IMG/VR virus record: IMGVR_UViG_3300036823_000215
Span: 1 to 27,431 of that record
Reading direction: 5' to 3' (one strand)
Length of the DNA stretch: 27,431 nt
DNA from: a virus
Taxonomy: Duplodnaviria; Caudoviricetes
The notes under the pieces were generated by a model. The model had not been told where the DNA came from and did not search any database. It saw only the letters and a program-made list of their open reading frames with translations. Below, in pieces: positions 16,471 through 25,616 of this stretch (the first letter of the stretch is position 1; every line of letters starts with the position of its first letter). The position numbers and the translations under genes are program-made.

Positions 16471-19400
16471 ATGGGTACAACGCCATCGCCCGTCGCACCC
16501 GTCGCACAGCAGCCGGACCCTGTTGATTCCTATTACGCCGGGCTAGCGAGTCAGCAGCGCCAGATCGGCCAGAATCTGGCCGTTACCGCCGGGGATAACC
16601 CGGACGAGACGGGCGAGGCTCAGAGGCTTGCGCAGCGGTTTGGGGTCAGTCCTCAGCTCGTGCAAAGCAACCTGATGGATTTTCGTCGGCAAGCGAACGT
16701 GCAGGACGCGCTGGTCCATGTAGCCACGGGCAGTAGCCCGGTCTTGCGGCAGCAGCTGGAGGATCCGAATTTCGCGGCAATCGCTCACGATCAGATCGAT
16801 AACCTGAGCGCGACGGAGAAGCTCTTTAACACCATCGACAATGCGGGCCCTGACATAGCCAACCAGTACGAGGCGGGACACCTGCAGTATGAGCGCGGGG
16901 TGTTGGGCGACAAAGCTAAGGGAGGCGGCGCCACACCGGGCGATTGGAGTCGTATTCGGGAGATCGACCAGCGACTGCAGGAGCTTGGACCTCAGAGAAC
17001 GCTGCTCGGGGGCCTCTCGAATATGGCGGGAACGCTGGTTCCTCAAGGCTGGCATGTTGCCGGCGGCGCGGCAGTCGGCGGCGTGGTCGGGGGAGGGATC
17101 GGATTGTTGGGCGGCCCGTTTGCTGAGGTGTCAGTGCCGGGCGGTGCGATTGAGGGCGCGAAGGCCGGTGCCGAGATCATGATGGGCGAGCGAGCCTACA
17201 CGATGGCTGGAGGCAACGCTTATCTCGACATGCTCGATAAAGGGGTAAGCCACGATACGGCGAAGTGGGCGTCCGCCGGCGTGGGTCTCATTAATGCCGG
17301 CCTGCAGGTCGGGGGCGCCAAGCTTGTGGGTGACATGCCGGGCGTGACGGCTCTGAGTGCTGCTGCGCGCGACGCAATATCCAAGGCTGCCGGCGTGGAG
17401 ATTGCTGACGCCATGACTCAACCGACGGTGAATAGCGCTGTGAAGTCGGCGGTGGGGCGATTCCTGGCCTCGAGCGGTGAGGGCGGCGTGTTGATGGCTG
17501 GTCAGGAGCTGACCAACCAGGTGGCTCTCAACGCGGCCGAGCTGCACGATACGGGCAAGTTCGATCTTGAGACCGACGAGGGGCGGACTGCTGCCGGCCG
17601 CGCGCTGGGTCAGGCATTCGTAAATGGCGCGCTGACGATTGGTACCCTGCACGCGGCGACGGGCATGTTGGCTTTCGGAGCGGATATGGCGCGGGCGCGG
17701 GATGCGCAGCAGGCTCAGGAGTTCTTTACGGCCCTCCATGACAATGCGGCGGACAGTAAGGTGCGGGAGCGCAACCCCGCAAGCTACGAAGGCTATATCG
17801 CGGCACAGGCGCAGGGAACGCCGGCCGAGACCATTTACGTGGACGGTAAGCAGATGGCCAACGTGCTGGCGCAAAGCAGTCTGGATCCGGAGCGCGTCGA
17901 GCGAGTGATGCCAGGGCTAACCGCTCAGGTGAACGAAGCCGCGGCGACGGGCGGCGACGTGGAGATCCCCACCGAGCAATATGCGGCGCGCTTGGCGGGA
18001 ACCGATGTGGGCAAGGCGATGTTGCCGCACATGCGCATGGATCCAGACGCGATGAGCTCGCAGGAATCTGCCGAATACCTGAACGATGCGCAGGCGAAGT
18101 TTGACGAGGCGCGGAAGGCTGCTGGTCAGCAGATGGCCACGAACGTGGCCTTTGCGCAGAGTGCAAAAAACGTAGAGGACGATGTCTTTCGCCAGATCAG
18201 GGCGACAGAGACGATGCCGAACGACATGGCGCGAACCAATGCGCAGTTCGTGCGGGACTTCGTGGCGACGCAGGCTGAGCGCGCCAATATGACTCCGGAG
18301 GCTTTCTACGATCGGTACCGGTACACGATCCAGCGGGCGGCAGCAGGGCGGCCGGACGAACTGCTGAATCAGGGGCAAGTCGCGTCTCCCGAGTTTAAGC
18401 AGTGGTTTGGCGATTCGAAGGTGCTGGACGGTGAAGGCAATCCGCAGGTTGTCTACCACGGAACAGCGAAGAGTTTCGATCAGTTCGACCTCTCGAAAGC
18501 TGGAGCCGGCCGCGGCGCTGCAGGGGAAAAGGCGCTCTTCTTTAGCCGGAATCCAGAGACAGCAGATCATTCTGCTGCGGTCATGGGCGCCGGCGATGCC
18601 GGTGGCGCGCAGGTGCTGCCGGTCTATCTTCGCGTGGAAAATCCATTCATCTCAAAGATGAAGTATTACGACTCCGAGAAAATGGCGAAGGAGATCGCCA
18701 AGGCAAAGAAGCTGGGCCACGATGGAATCGAATTTCCGAATCTGAATACAAAAGGCGAGTCGGGAACGATCGCCGCGTTCTCGCCGGAGCAAGTTAAGTC
18801 GGCCATTGGGAACCGTGGCACCTTCGACGCGACGGACGCTAACATTTTGCATCAGGGCGAACCGGGTGAAGTGCCGGAAGGGATGACGCGCCTTTATCAC
18901 GGAAGCGCGACACCGGGAAGATACGAGGGGCCTGCATGGTTCTCCACGAACCGCAAGTACGCCGAGGACTATAGACCGGGCGCGGAGCTGCAGTACGTCG
19001 ACTACCCGACGTCTAAGCTCGAGGAGAAAGGCTGGGATCGCGAGAATCAGCCCACGTTCAACACCGAGCTTCACTCCAGCGAGACAGGTCCGCGTAGGCC
19101 AGTCCCCGGCGCCGGCGAGGGCTCCGGGAAAGCGCGCGGCGGTTTCGACCCTTCGACGTTGACGACCATGCTCGGCCAGAAAGCCGACATGAGCACCTTC
19201 CTGCATGAGACCTCGCATTACTTCCTGAGTGTCTACGGGGATCTGGCGCGACAGTCGGACGCGCCACCGGAAGTGAAGGCGGATATGGCGTCGCTGCTGA
19301 AGTGGTTCGGTGTGAAAGACCTCGACGCGTGGCACGGGATGAGCCTGGAGGAGCAGCGGCCATTCCATGAGCAGTTTGCCTACAACTTCGAGAAGTATCT

Positions 19401-22400
19401 GGCAGAGGGGAAAGCGCCAAGCGTGGAGACGGAAGGCGTGTTCCAGCGCTTTGCGCAGTGGCTGAAGCGCGTGTACGTCTCGATCCGCGACGAAGTCAAC
19501 ACGATTTACCGTCGCGAGCACGGCAAGGACTTGCCGCTGATGACCGGGGAAGTTCGCGAAGTCATGGATCGGATGCTGGCCTCGGAAGATGCGATACGCG
19601 AGCGTGAGGCGATCCAGAACATGGTTCCGATGTTCCGGACGGCCGAGGAAGCCGGCATGAATGGAGACGAGTGGGCAGCCTACCAGGCGATGCATCGCGA
19701 GGCAAGCGATCAGGCGGCAACCGAATTGAGTGCGGCGAGTATTCGGCAGATGCAATGGCTGCAGAACGCCCGCGGCCGCCTCATGCGGGAGATGCAGCGC
19801 CAACATGATGCGCTGCGGGACGTCGAGCGCGGCGAGGCGGCCGGGGAAGTTGCCGGCAGCGACCTTTACCGGGCGCAACGATTCTTGAAGGCGGGCGAAC
19901 TGCGCGGTGAGGACGGCGAGGATATTCAGGCGCTGGTAGGGCACAAGCTCGATTCCGACAGGGTGAAGGCGATGTTCCCGGAGAGCGCTCCCGGAGAGAA
20001 GCCAGATCTGGGCAAGCTCGGCAGCATGATGAAGAAAGGTGGTACGGATCCGGACCTGATTGCGCCGATGTTCGGCTTTGACAACGGCGAGCAGATGGTG
20101 AGGCAGATCGCCGACGCGCGCCCGATCGAGGAAGAGATCGATGCGCGCACAGACCAGCGAATGCTGGAGCGTTACGGCGATATGAACACGCCGGAGCAGC
20201 GTGAGGTGGCGATCCAGCGGGCGCTCCATAACGAGGCGAGGGCGCGGTTTGTGGGTGTCGAGCTGCGGGCGTTGGAGAAAACGACGCGCCCGGTTAGGGA
20301 CCTTCTGGCGGCGGCCAAGAGCGCAGCGCGGCAGATGCTGGCGGACAAGCCGATCGGGGATATTACCCCGCGTGACTACCAAGCGGCTGAGGCGCGGGCG
20401 GCGCGCGAGGCGATGGACGCGATGAAGCGTGGTGACAGCGCCGCGGCGGCGCAGGCGAAGCGGAGTCAGCTTTTGCAGAACGCGCTGGCACGAGAGGCTC
20501 AGCGTGTACGTGACAAGGCGGAAACGCAGCTCGCCTATCTGAGTAAATTTGCCGATCCCTCGAAATCGACAGCGAAGGCCGTGGGCGCTGATTTCATGGA
20601 CCGAATCAACGAGCTCGTGGCCGGATATCAGCTGGGCGCCAGAGACGTGCATGGGGATGATCCACGCCCGCTGAATGCCTGGGTGAATGATTACTACGAC
20701 AAAAACGGCGTCATGCCCTCGGTGAGTGATGAGGTAATGGCCAACCTCGGCCGCATGCACTGGAAGGACATGACGCCAACCCAGCTGGGGGATCTTCGCG
20801 ACGCCGTGAAGTCGCTCGATTACCTCGGCCGGCGCGAGCAGTCGGCGACCATGAGCGGCAAGCAGGTAGAGCTCGACGCGTTGCTGCAGGAGCTGAAGGC
20901 TCCTCTTGCGGAACTGCCGCACGACAAGAATCGCGACGTCCGCGCAGATCTGCAGCATGGCAGCGGCCTGACGAAGATGAGCGCGAAGTTTCTGGATCTG
21001 AAGAGTGGCATACGCTCTCTGGATGCCGTTCTGCTGAAGATGGAGCAGCTCTTCCAGTGGTGGGGCGCCGGCAAATACGCAGGCCTAAGAGAAGCGCCGA
21101 TCAACGGGGGATGGGCCCGCGTTTTTAAAATGGCTTCCGATGCTGAGGCGGCCGAAAGGGCGATGCGGGCGAAATCCGGCGCAGCGCTCAGGTCTATCGG
21201 GGAAGTGCTGCACGGCGCAAAGATCAATCTGGACGATTCCCTGGATGTACCGGAGATGCCACGTCCCGGAAGGGGCAACCAGTGGTATCGCGAGGAGTTG
21301 CTCAGCGCGGCGCTGAACATGGGCAACGCCAGCAATAAGGCCAAGATGCTGCAGTACTACAAGTGGCAGGAATACGAGGTTGTAAGTGCCATCAATCGGC
21401 TGCTCTCAAAACCGGAGATGGATTTCGTCCAGGGCGCGTGGGATCACGTTGGCAGCTACGGGCAGGACATCGAGAATCAGCAGCGCCGCTTAACCGGAGT
21501 AACGCCGAAGATGATCGAAGCGGCGCCGCTGCAAACCAAGTGGGGAACCTACCGCGGCGGCTACTATCCGATGGTCTATGACTCGTTTCTGGACCGCAAC
21601 ATCGAGCGAAAGAGCGAGCGTAACGCTGACCGGCTCTTCGAGAATAACTACGCGAAACCCTCAACGAACGACGGACACACGATCGAACGCACTGGCTACG
21701 TCGGGCCCGTCAGCTTCTCGCTGAATGTGATTGCGCGGCATCTGGATCAGGTTACGCATGATCTGGCATGGCGCGAGGCGATCGTCGACCTGAATAAGAT
21801 CCTGAGCGATCAGGGGCTGAAGGACGAGATTAACCAAACCTGGGGGCGGCAGTATACGAAGCAGTTGCGGCCGTGGCTGCAGGCAATGGCAAACAATCGA
21901 GTCTTTGACAGCACGATGGACTCGGCGTGGGAGGGCATCCTGCGACGTGTCCGCTCCAACGCGACGATGATGGGTGTCGGCTTCCGGGCGACGACGATCC
22001 TTACGCACGGCACGACCGCTCTTTCGAACTCGATGGGGGAACTGGGGCCGAAGTGGTTCATGAAGGGCGCGGAGCAGTTTATGGGCATCGATCGAGTGAA
22101 GGCGACGCGGGATTTCGTCTACGAGCGTAGCCCGGAGATGGCCCACCGCATGGATGAGGCGGACCGCAACCTGCACGAAGCGATCGACGAGATCAACCGC
22201 CATCAGGAGTCGTTCCGCTCGCCGACGGCCGCGACGCAGCTCTTCGACAAGGTGCGCAAGTTTGCGTATCGAGGCGTGATGATCAGCGATATGGCCAGCG
22301 CGCTTCCAACCTGGGTGGGAGCCTACCTTAAGGGCATGGCAAAGGAACCGGACGGCGGCCTGAACCTCTCCGAAGACGATGCGATCGACTACGCCAACCG

Positions 22401-23043
22401 TACGGTGCGCAACGCCCACGGCGGCGGCGGCGTGAAGGACCTCGCGCAGATCCAGCGGGATAAGGGGCCGCTGTCTCTGGCGACTCTGTTTTACAGCTAC
22501 TGGAACCACGTGTATCAGCGCGAACGTGACCTCGGCATGGGGTGGAAAAAGATGCTCACCGGCCAGGGAAGTGTGAGCGACATGCCGCGGTTACTGGCGC
22601 GGAGCTGGTTCTATTTCGTGCTCCCTCAGATCGCACACGCATTTTGGAGCACGCGGCAGGGCAGCGATGAGGACAACACGCTCGGCGGGTTTGCAAAAAG
22701 GACGGCCGAAGAGACAGCGTTGGGCATGGTTTCAGGGCTGCCTGTATTCCGTGACCTGGCGAGCTCTCTGGCGGAGGGCCGCGACTACAAGTTCACTCCG
22801 CTTGAAGACGCTGGACGGAGTTTCGTGACTACGACCAGCGACGCCTATCACCTGGCCGCTGGCGAGCCGGTGAGCAAGCATGCTCTGCAGACCGCGGCCA
22901 ACACGGCTGGATACGCCTTCGGGCTTCCGCTCTCGCAGCCCGCGTCGACGACGCGCTTCCTCTGGGACTACACGAATGGAGATGTTGATCCGCAGAGTCT
23001 GAAGGAGTGGTACGAGGGGGTCCTTACAGGCCATATCCATTGA
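16471..23043 (+). CDS. Large polyvalent phage protein (2190 aa) with ART-like domain(s) and HExxH metallopeptidase; probable DNA-ejection protein
   Basis: Gly-rich hydrophobic segment near the N-terminus; FKQWFGDSKVLD...VYHGT...FFS...PVYL..NP...HDGI...FSPEQVKSAIGNRGTFD (ART-PolyVal pattern); STFLHETSHYFL...HEQFA..FEKYL.EGKAPS (zincin); long helical C-terminus. Confidence 0.85.
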   Translation: MGTTPSPVAPVAQQPDPVDSYYAGLASQQRQIGQNLAVTAGDNPDETGEAQRLAQRFGVSPQLVQSNLMDFRRQANVQDALVHVATGSSPVLRQQLEDPNFAAIAHDQIDNLSATEKLFNTIDNAGPDIANQYEAGHLQYERGVLGDKAKGGGATPGDWSRIREIDQRLQELGPQRTLLGGLSNMAGTLVPQGWHVAGGAAVGGVVGGGIGLLGGPFAEVSVPGGAIEGAKAGAEIMMGERAYTMAGGNAYLDMLDKGVSHDTAKWASAGVGLINAGLQVGGAKLVGDMPGVTALSAAARDAISKAAGVEIADAMTQPTVNSAVKSAVGRFLASSGEGGVLMAGQELTNQVALNAAELHDTGKFDLETDEGRTAAGRALGQAFVNGALTIGTLHAATGMLAFGADMARARDAQQAQEFFTALHDNAADSKVRERNPASYEGYIAAQAQGTPAETIYVDGKQMANVLAQSSLDPERVERVMPGLTAQVNEAAATGGDVEIPTEQYAARLAGTDVGKAMLPHMRMDPDAMSSQESAEYLNDAQAKFDEARKAAGQQMATNVAFAQSAKNVEDDVFRQIRATETMPNDMARTNAQFVRDFVATQAERANMTPEAFYDRYRYTIQRAAAGRPDELLNQGQVASPEFKQWFGDSKVLDGEGNPQVVYHGTAKSFDQFDLSKAGAGRGAAGEKALFFSRNPETADHSAAVMGAGDAGGAQVLPVYLRVENPFISKMKYYDSEKMAKEIAKAKKLGHDGIEFPNLNTKGESGTIAAFSPEQVKSAIGNRGTFDATDANILHQGEPGEVPEGMTRLYHGSATPGRYEGPAWFSTNRKYAEDYRPGAELQYVDYPTSKLEEKGWDRENQPTFNTELHSSETGPRRPVPGAGEGSGKARGGFDPSTLTTMLGQKADMSTFLHETSHYFLSVYGDLARQSDAPPEVKADMASLLKWFGVKDLDAWHGMSLEEQRPFHEQFAYNFEKYLAEGKAPSVETEGVFQRFAQWLKRVYVSIRDEVNTIYRREHGKDLPLMTGEVREVMDRMLASEDAIREREAIQNMVPMFRTAEEAGMNGDEWAAYQAMHREASDQAATELSAASIRQMQWLQNARGRLMREMQRQHDALRDVERGEAAGEVAGSDLYRAQRFLKAGELRGEDGEDIQALVGHKLDSDRVKAMFPESAPGEKPDLGKLGSMMKKGGTDPDLIAPMFGFDNGEQMVRQIADARPIEEEIDARTDQRMLERYGDMNTPEQREVAIQRALHNEARARFVGVELRALEKTTRPVRDLLAAAKSAARQMLADKPIGDITPRDYQAAEARAAREAMDAMKRGDSAAAAQAKRSQLLQNALAREAQRVRDKAETQLAYLSKFADPSKSTAKAVGADFMDRINELVAGYQLGARDVHGDDPRPLNAWVNDYYDKNGVMPSVSDEVMANLGRMHWKDMTPTQLGDLRDAVKSLDYLGRREQSATMSGKQVELDALLQELKAPLAELPHDKNRDVRADLQHGSGLTKMSAKFLDLKSGIRSLDAVLLKMEQLFQWWGAGKYAGLREAPINGGWARVFKMASDAEAAERAMRAKSGAALRSIGEVLHGAKINLDDSLDVPEMPRPGRGNQWYREELLSAALNMGNASNKAKMLQYYKWQEYEVVSAINRLLSKPEMDFVQGAWDHVGSYGQDIENQQRRLTGVTPKMIEAAPLQTKWGTYRGGYYPMVYDSFLDRNIERKSERNADRLFENNYAKPSTNDGHTIERTGYVGPVSFSLNVIARHLDQVTHDLAWREAIVDLNKILSDQGLKDEINQTWGRQYTKQLRPWLQAMANNRVFDSTMDSAWEGILRRVRSNATMMGVGFRATTILTHGTTALSNSMGELGPKWFMKGAEQFMGIDRVKATRDFVYERSPEMAHRMDEADRNLHEAIDEINRHQESFRSPTAATQLFDKVRKFAYRGVMISDMASALPTWVGAYLKGMAKEPDGGLNLSEDDAIDYANRTVRNAHGGGGVKDLAQIQRDKGPLSLATLFYSYWNHVYQRERDLGMGWKKMLTGQGSVSDMPRLLARSWFYFVLPQIAHAFWSTRQGSDEDNTLGGFAKRTAEETALGMVSGLPVFRDLASSLAEGRDYKFTPLEDAGRSFVTTTSDAYHLAAGEPVSKHALQTAANTAGYAFGLPLSQPASTTRFLWDYTNGDVDPQSLKEWYEGVLTGHIH

Positions 23044-23096
23044 CGGCCCCTAGAACTCTAACTTCGAATTTGACTTAGAACGCGAATTGATTAACC

Positions 23097-23124
23097 CGGC
23101 CTCGTCTGCATGCAGACGGGGCCG
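23097..23124. repeat. 28-bp near-perfect palindrome
   Basis: CGGCCTCGTCTGCA|TGCAGACGGGGCCG, one mismatch (G-U compatible). Confidence 0.7.
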
Positions 23125-23147
23125 CTGCATTTGGTGCGAGGAGAGGA

Positions 23148-23417
23148 ATGAGAAGACCGGCGGGTGACCTGCGACGTGAGAGACGGGAGGCGTTGCTGCA
23201 GTACTTCGACAAGGTGTTTCGGGCGATTAGCTTATTGCCGCCCGATAAGAGGGCGGAGTTTGAGGAGTGGGATCAGAACCGAACGGATGGACGAGCCACA
23301 TCGGACTGGCCGGGGTTCGAAGCCCTCATTGGCTCTCGTCCGGGGTCTGTGTCGGACCGCCGAAGGGAAGCGAAAAGAGTATTGGAAATGAACTGCGGAG
23401 GGGCTAGAGAGCAATGA
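23148..23417 (+). CDS. Hypothetical protein
   Basis: Purine-rich RBS; ATGA overlap with the next gene. Confidence 0.65.
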   Translation: MRRPAGDLRRERREALLQYFDKVFRAISLLPPDKRAEFEEWDQNRTDGRATSDWPGFEALIGSRPGSVSDRRREAKRVLEMNCGGAREQ

Positions 23418-24328
23418 GCGTACGAGTAATGGCAGACGTGTGGGACAACGGGCCTGACGATGCAACGCTGACGACGGTCTTGTTGGTGCTGGCGAATTCG
23501 GCCGACGACAACGGCGGCAACTGTTTCCCCGGCAATGCGCTGATTGCACGCCGTACGCGCTTTTCGGAGCGCACCGTGATCCGGGCGGTTGTCGAGTTGG
23601 AGCGCCAAGGCTGGATCGCGGTGCTGCAGCGCCGTGGCGGTCGCCCCAAGCGTGGCGCCCGCCGGCACGAGCTGGCCGAGTATCACACCCAGTACAGGAT
23701 CAATGTGGCGAAGCTGAAAGGGTGTCAGGATGTCACTGTTTCGCCGGCGACCAGCGCGCCGGCAACCGAGGAAGCATGGCCTCCGAAAGGGTGTCAGGCT
23801 GTCACGGTTCCAGAGCGGAAAAGGGTGACACCGGTGCAGAAAAGCATGACAGTGACGCCCGAAAAGGGTGACAGTGACGACATTCCCCCACACCCCCTAT
23901 ATGGAGTATCCGTCACTGATCCGTCAGGTGAACCTAACCCCCTACCCCCTCCGCATGCGGAGGGGGAGAGCTACTTGAATTCCGAATTCTCATCGGGGAT
24001 CCGAGCAAAGGCAGGGCACGGCGAAGAGTCGACGGTCATCCGACGTGAAGCGGACCGGGTCTCCGAAGCTATTGGCTCAACAGCTGAAGGCACGAAGCGT
24101 GCGATTCGAAGACAGCTCGCCATGCGCGTCAAACCGCTCGAGGAGCAGGCGCTGATCGCTATGGCGGATCGCATGATCGCGGCACATCGCGTCTACGCCA
24201 GCTGGGGCGATCTGCTGCGGTTCGTATGGGGCCAGCGCCGGTTCTATGGCGAGGGGCACTGGGACAAACCAGAGCTGTGGCCGATTGATCAGGAGCGGCT
24301 GGCTCAGCAGAGGAGGGCAAGGCTATGA
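23414..24328 (+). CDS. Phage replication initiator (N-terminal wHTH)
   Basis: MSVRVMADVW...VLLVLANSADDNGGNCFPGNALIARRTRFSERTVIRAVVELERQGWI; a low-complexity middle encoded by DNA repeats. Confidence 0.85.
   Translation: MSVRVMADVWDNGPDDATLTTVLLVLANSADDNGGNCFPGNALIARRTRFSERTVIRAVVELERQGWIAVLQRRGGRPKRGARRHELAEYHTQYRINVAKLKGCQDVTVSPATSAPATEEAWPPKGCQAVTVPERKRVTPVQKSMTVTPEKGDSDDIPPHPLYGVSVTDPSGEPNPLPPPHAEGESYLNSEFSSGIRAKAGHGEESTVIRREADRVSEAIGSTAEGTKRAIRRQLAMRVKPLEEQALIAMADRMIAAHRVYASWGDLLRFVWGQRRFYGEGHWDKPELWPIDQERLAQQRRARL
23716..23878. repeat. Intragenic iterons, putative phage-type origin
   Basis: GAAAGGGTGTCAGG(A/C)TGTCAC at 23716 and 23785; GAAAAGGGTGACA at 23818 and 23861; GAAAAGCATGACAGTGAC at 23839. 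Confidence 0.75.
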
Positions 24329-24591
24329 GGTCCAAAAAGGTTGCTGGCCAGAGCGCGAGCAGCTCAGAGCGTTTTCCGCGATGCGACGGGGGGGCGAGCG
24401 GGATAGAGGTGCTACTCGCGCCGCCGGCGATCCTGACTTGCGCTGAACGCCGAAGAAGGGAAATTGAAGAGTTCTGGCGTTGGGCGCCTGAGTGGATGGA
24501 GGTGACAGGCGGTTCGGAGGACGAGTTGCTGAGGAGGTTTCCATCGTACAGAGGTACAAGGCCTAGCCGTCGAAATGCATCGGCGGCCTGA
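24325..24591 (+). CDS. Hypothetical protein
   Basis: ATGA overlap with the initiator stop; same operon. Confidence 0.5.
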   Translation: MRSKKVAGQSASSSERFPRCDGGASGIEVLLAPPAILTCAERRRREIEEFWRWAPEWMEVTGGSEDELLRRFPSYRGTRPSRRNASAA

Positions 24592-24617
24592 GACTCTGGG
24601 AGGAAGAGAGGAAACTT

Positions 24618-24890
24618 TTGAGCGACGTTAGCGACGTTCTCGTGAGCGACGATGAGCTGGGCGCGGCGCAGGTGGTAGCAATGCAGTTTGCCGGAGGCCG
24701 TTCGATTATGCGGTTGGCTGAAGAATGGGAGCGTGATGCAGCGTGGGTTGAGGAAGCGATACGGCGGGCACTGCGAGACACAATCCCGAAGCGAAATGGC
24801 GGAATGAAGGTTTCGCGAAGGGCGGCGAGCAGGGAGCGCAGTCTGCGAACGGCGTCGAGGCGAGAGGCGCAGGATTCACTCGAATGGTGA
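24618..24890 (+). CDS. Small HTH-like hypothetical protein
   Basis: FAGGRSIMRLAEEWERDAAWVEEAIRRAL; GAGG RBS before a TTG start. Confidence 0.55.
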   Translation: MSDVSDVLVSDDELGAAQVVAMQFAGGRSIMRLAEEWERDAAWVEEAIRRALRDTIPKRNGGMKVSRRAASRERSLRTASRREAQDSLEW

Positions 24891-24906
24891 TGGATGGAGG
24901 AGAAAA

Positions 24907-25446
24907 GTGCTGACACCGAAACAGGCGATATTTATCGCGGAATACCTAGTTGACGGGAATGCTACGCGTGCAGCGATCGCCGCGGGCTATTCGGAGAAGA
25001 CTGCAGAGGCTGCGGGCTCCCGATTGTTGAGGAATGTTAAGGTCTCGCGCACGCTTGCGGAACGGAACGCGCGCCGCGTTGAGAAGCTGGATATTACGGC
25101 CGCTCGCACGCTCAGTGAGCTCGCGAAGCTTTCCTATTTCGACCCTGGGAGGCTGTTTGATGAGCTTGGAAAACTGGTACCGGTGCACAAGCTCGACGAG
25201 GTAACGCGGGCGGCCGTTGAATCGGTCGAGATCGATCCGGACACGGGTCGCATTAGAAAAATTGTGATGGCGAAGAAGGGGCAAAATCTGGAACGGCTGG
25301 GGCGGTACCAGAAGCTGTTTACGGACCGCATTGAGCATGATGGCAGGGTGACGCTGGAGCAGTTGGTATGCGGACTCGGCGACGCCGACGGCCGCGGCGA
25401 GGTGCTCGAGAATGTCGCTAGTGGGGCTAAGGAGCCAGAGGAGTAG
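24907..25446 (+). CDS. terS: Phage terminase small subunit
   Basis: LTPKQAIFIAEYLVDGNATRAAIAAGYSEKTAEAAGSRLLRNVKV is the classic Terminase_2 N-terminus; GGAGG RBS. Confidence 0.93.
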   Translation: MLTPKQAIFIAEYLVDGNATRAAIAAGYSEKTAEAAGSRLLRNVKVSRTLAERNARRVEKLDITAARTLSELAKLSYFDPGRLFDELGKLVPVHKLDEVTRAAVESVEIDPDTGRIRKIVMAKKGQNLERLGRYQKLFTDRIEHDGRVTLEQLVCGLGDADGRGEVLENVASGAKEPEE

Positions 25447-25493
25447 TCTGCGGCGAAAGAGCAAAGCTGGAAAGGGGGCGAGTTTTAAAGGTT

Positions 25494-25533
25494 CTGGGCC
25501 CCTAGGGTTTCAGAACCCGGAGGCCCAGCCTTT
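25494..25533. terminator. Hairpin between convergent terS and integrase genes
   Basis: CTGGGCC..GGGTT-tcag-AACCC..GGCCCAG, imperfect stem. Confidence 0.4.
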
Positions 25534-25616
25534 ATCGAATTCGAATCGCTTGTCAACGGGATGTTGATTTTCTTGCGCGGTGAACGAGCAGGGAGGTATT
25601 TTTCCCTTCGCGTGGC

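Noticed and set aside
18652-20958. 768-aa minus-strand ORF
   Set aside because: Antisense shadow of the GC-rich 2190-aa gene, with non-protein-like composition.
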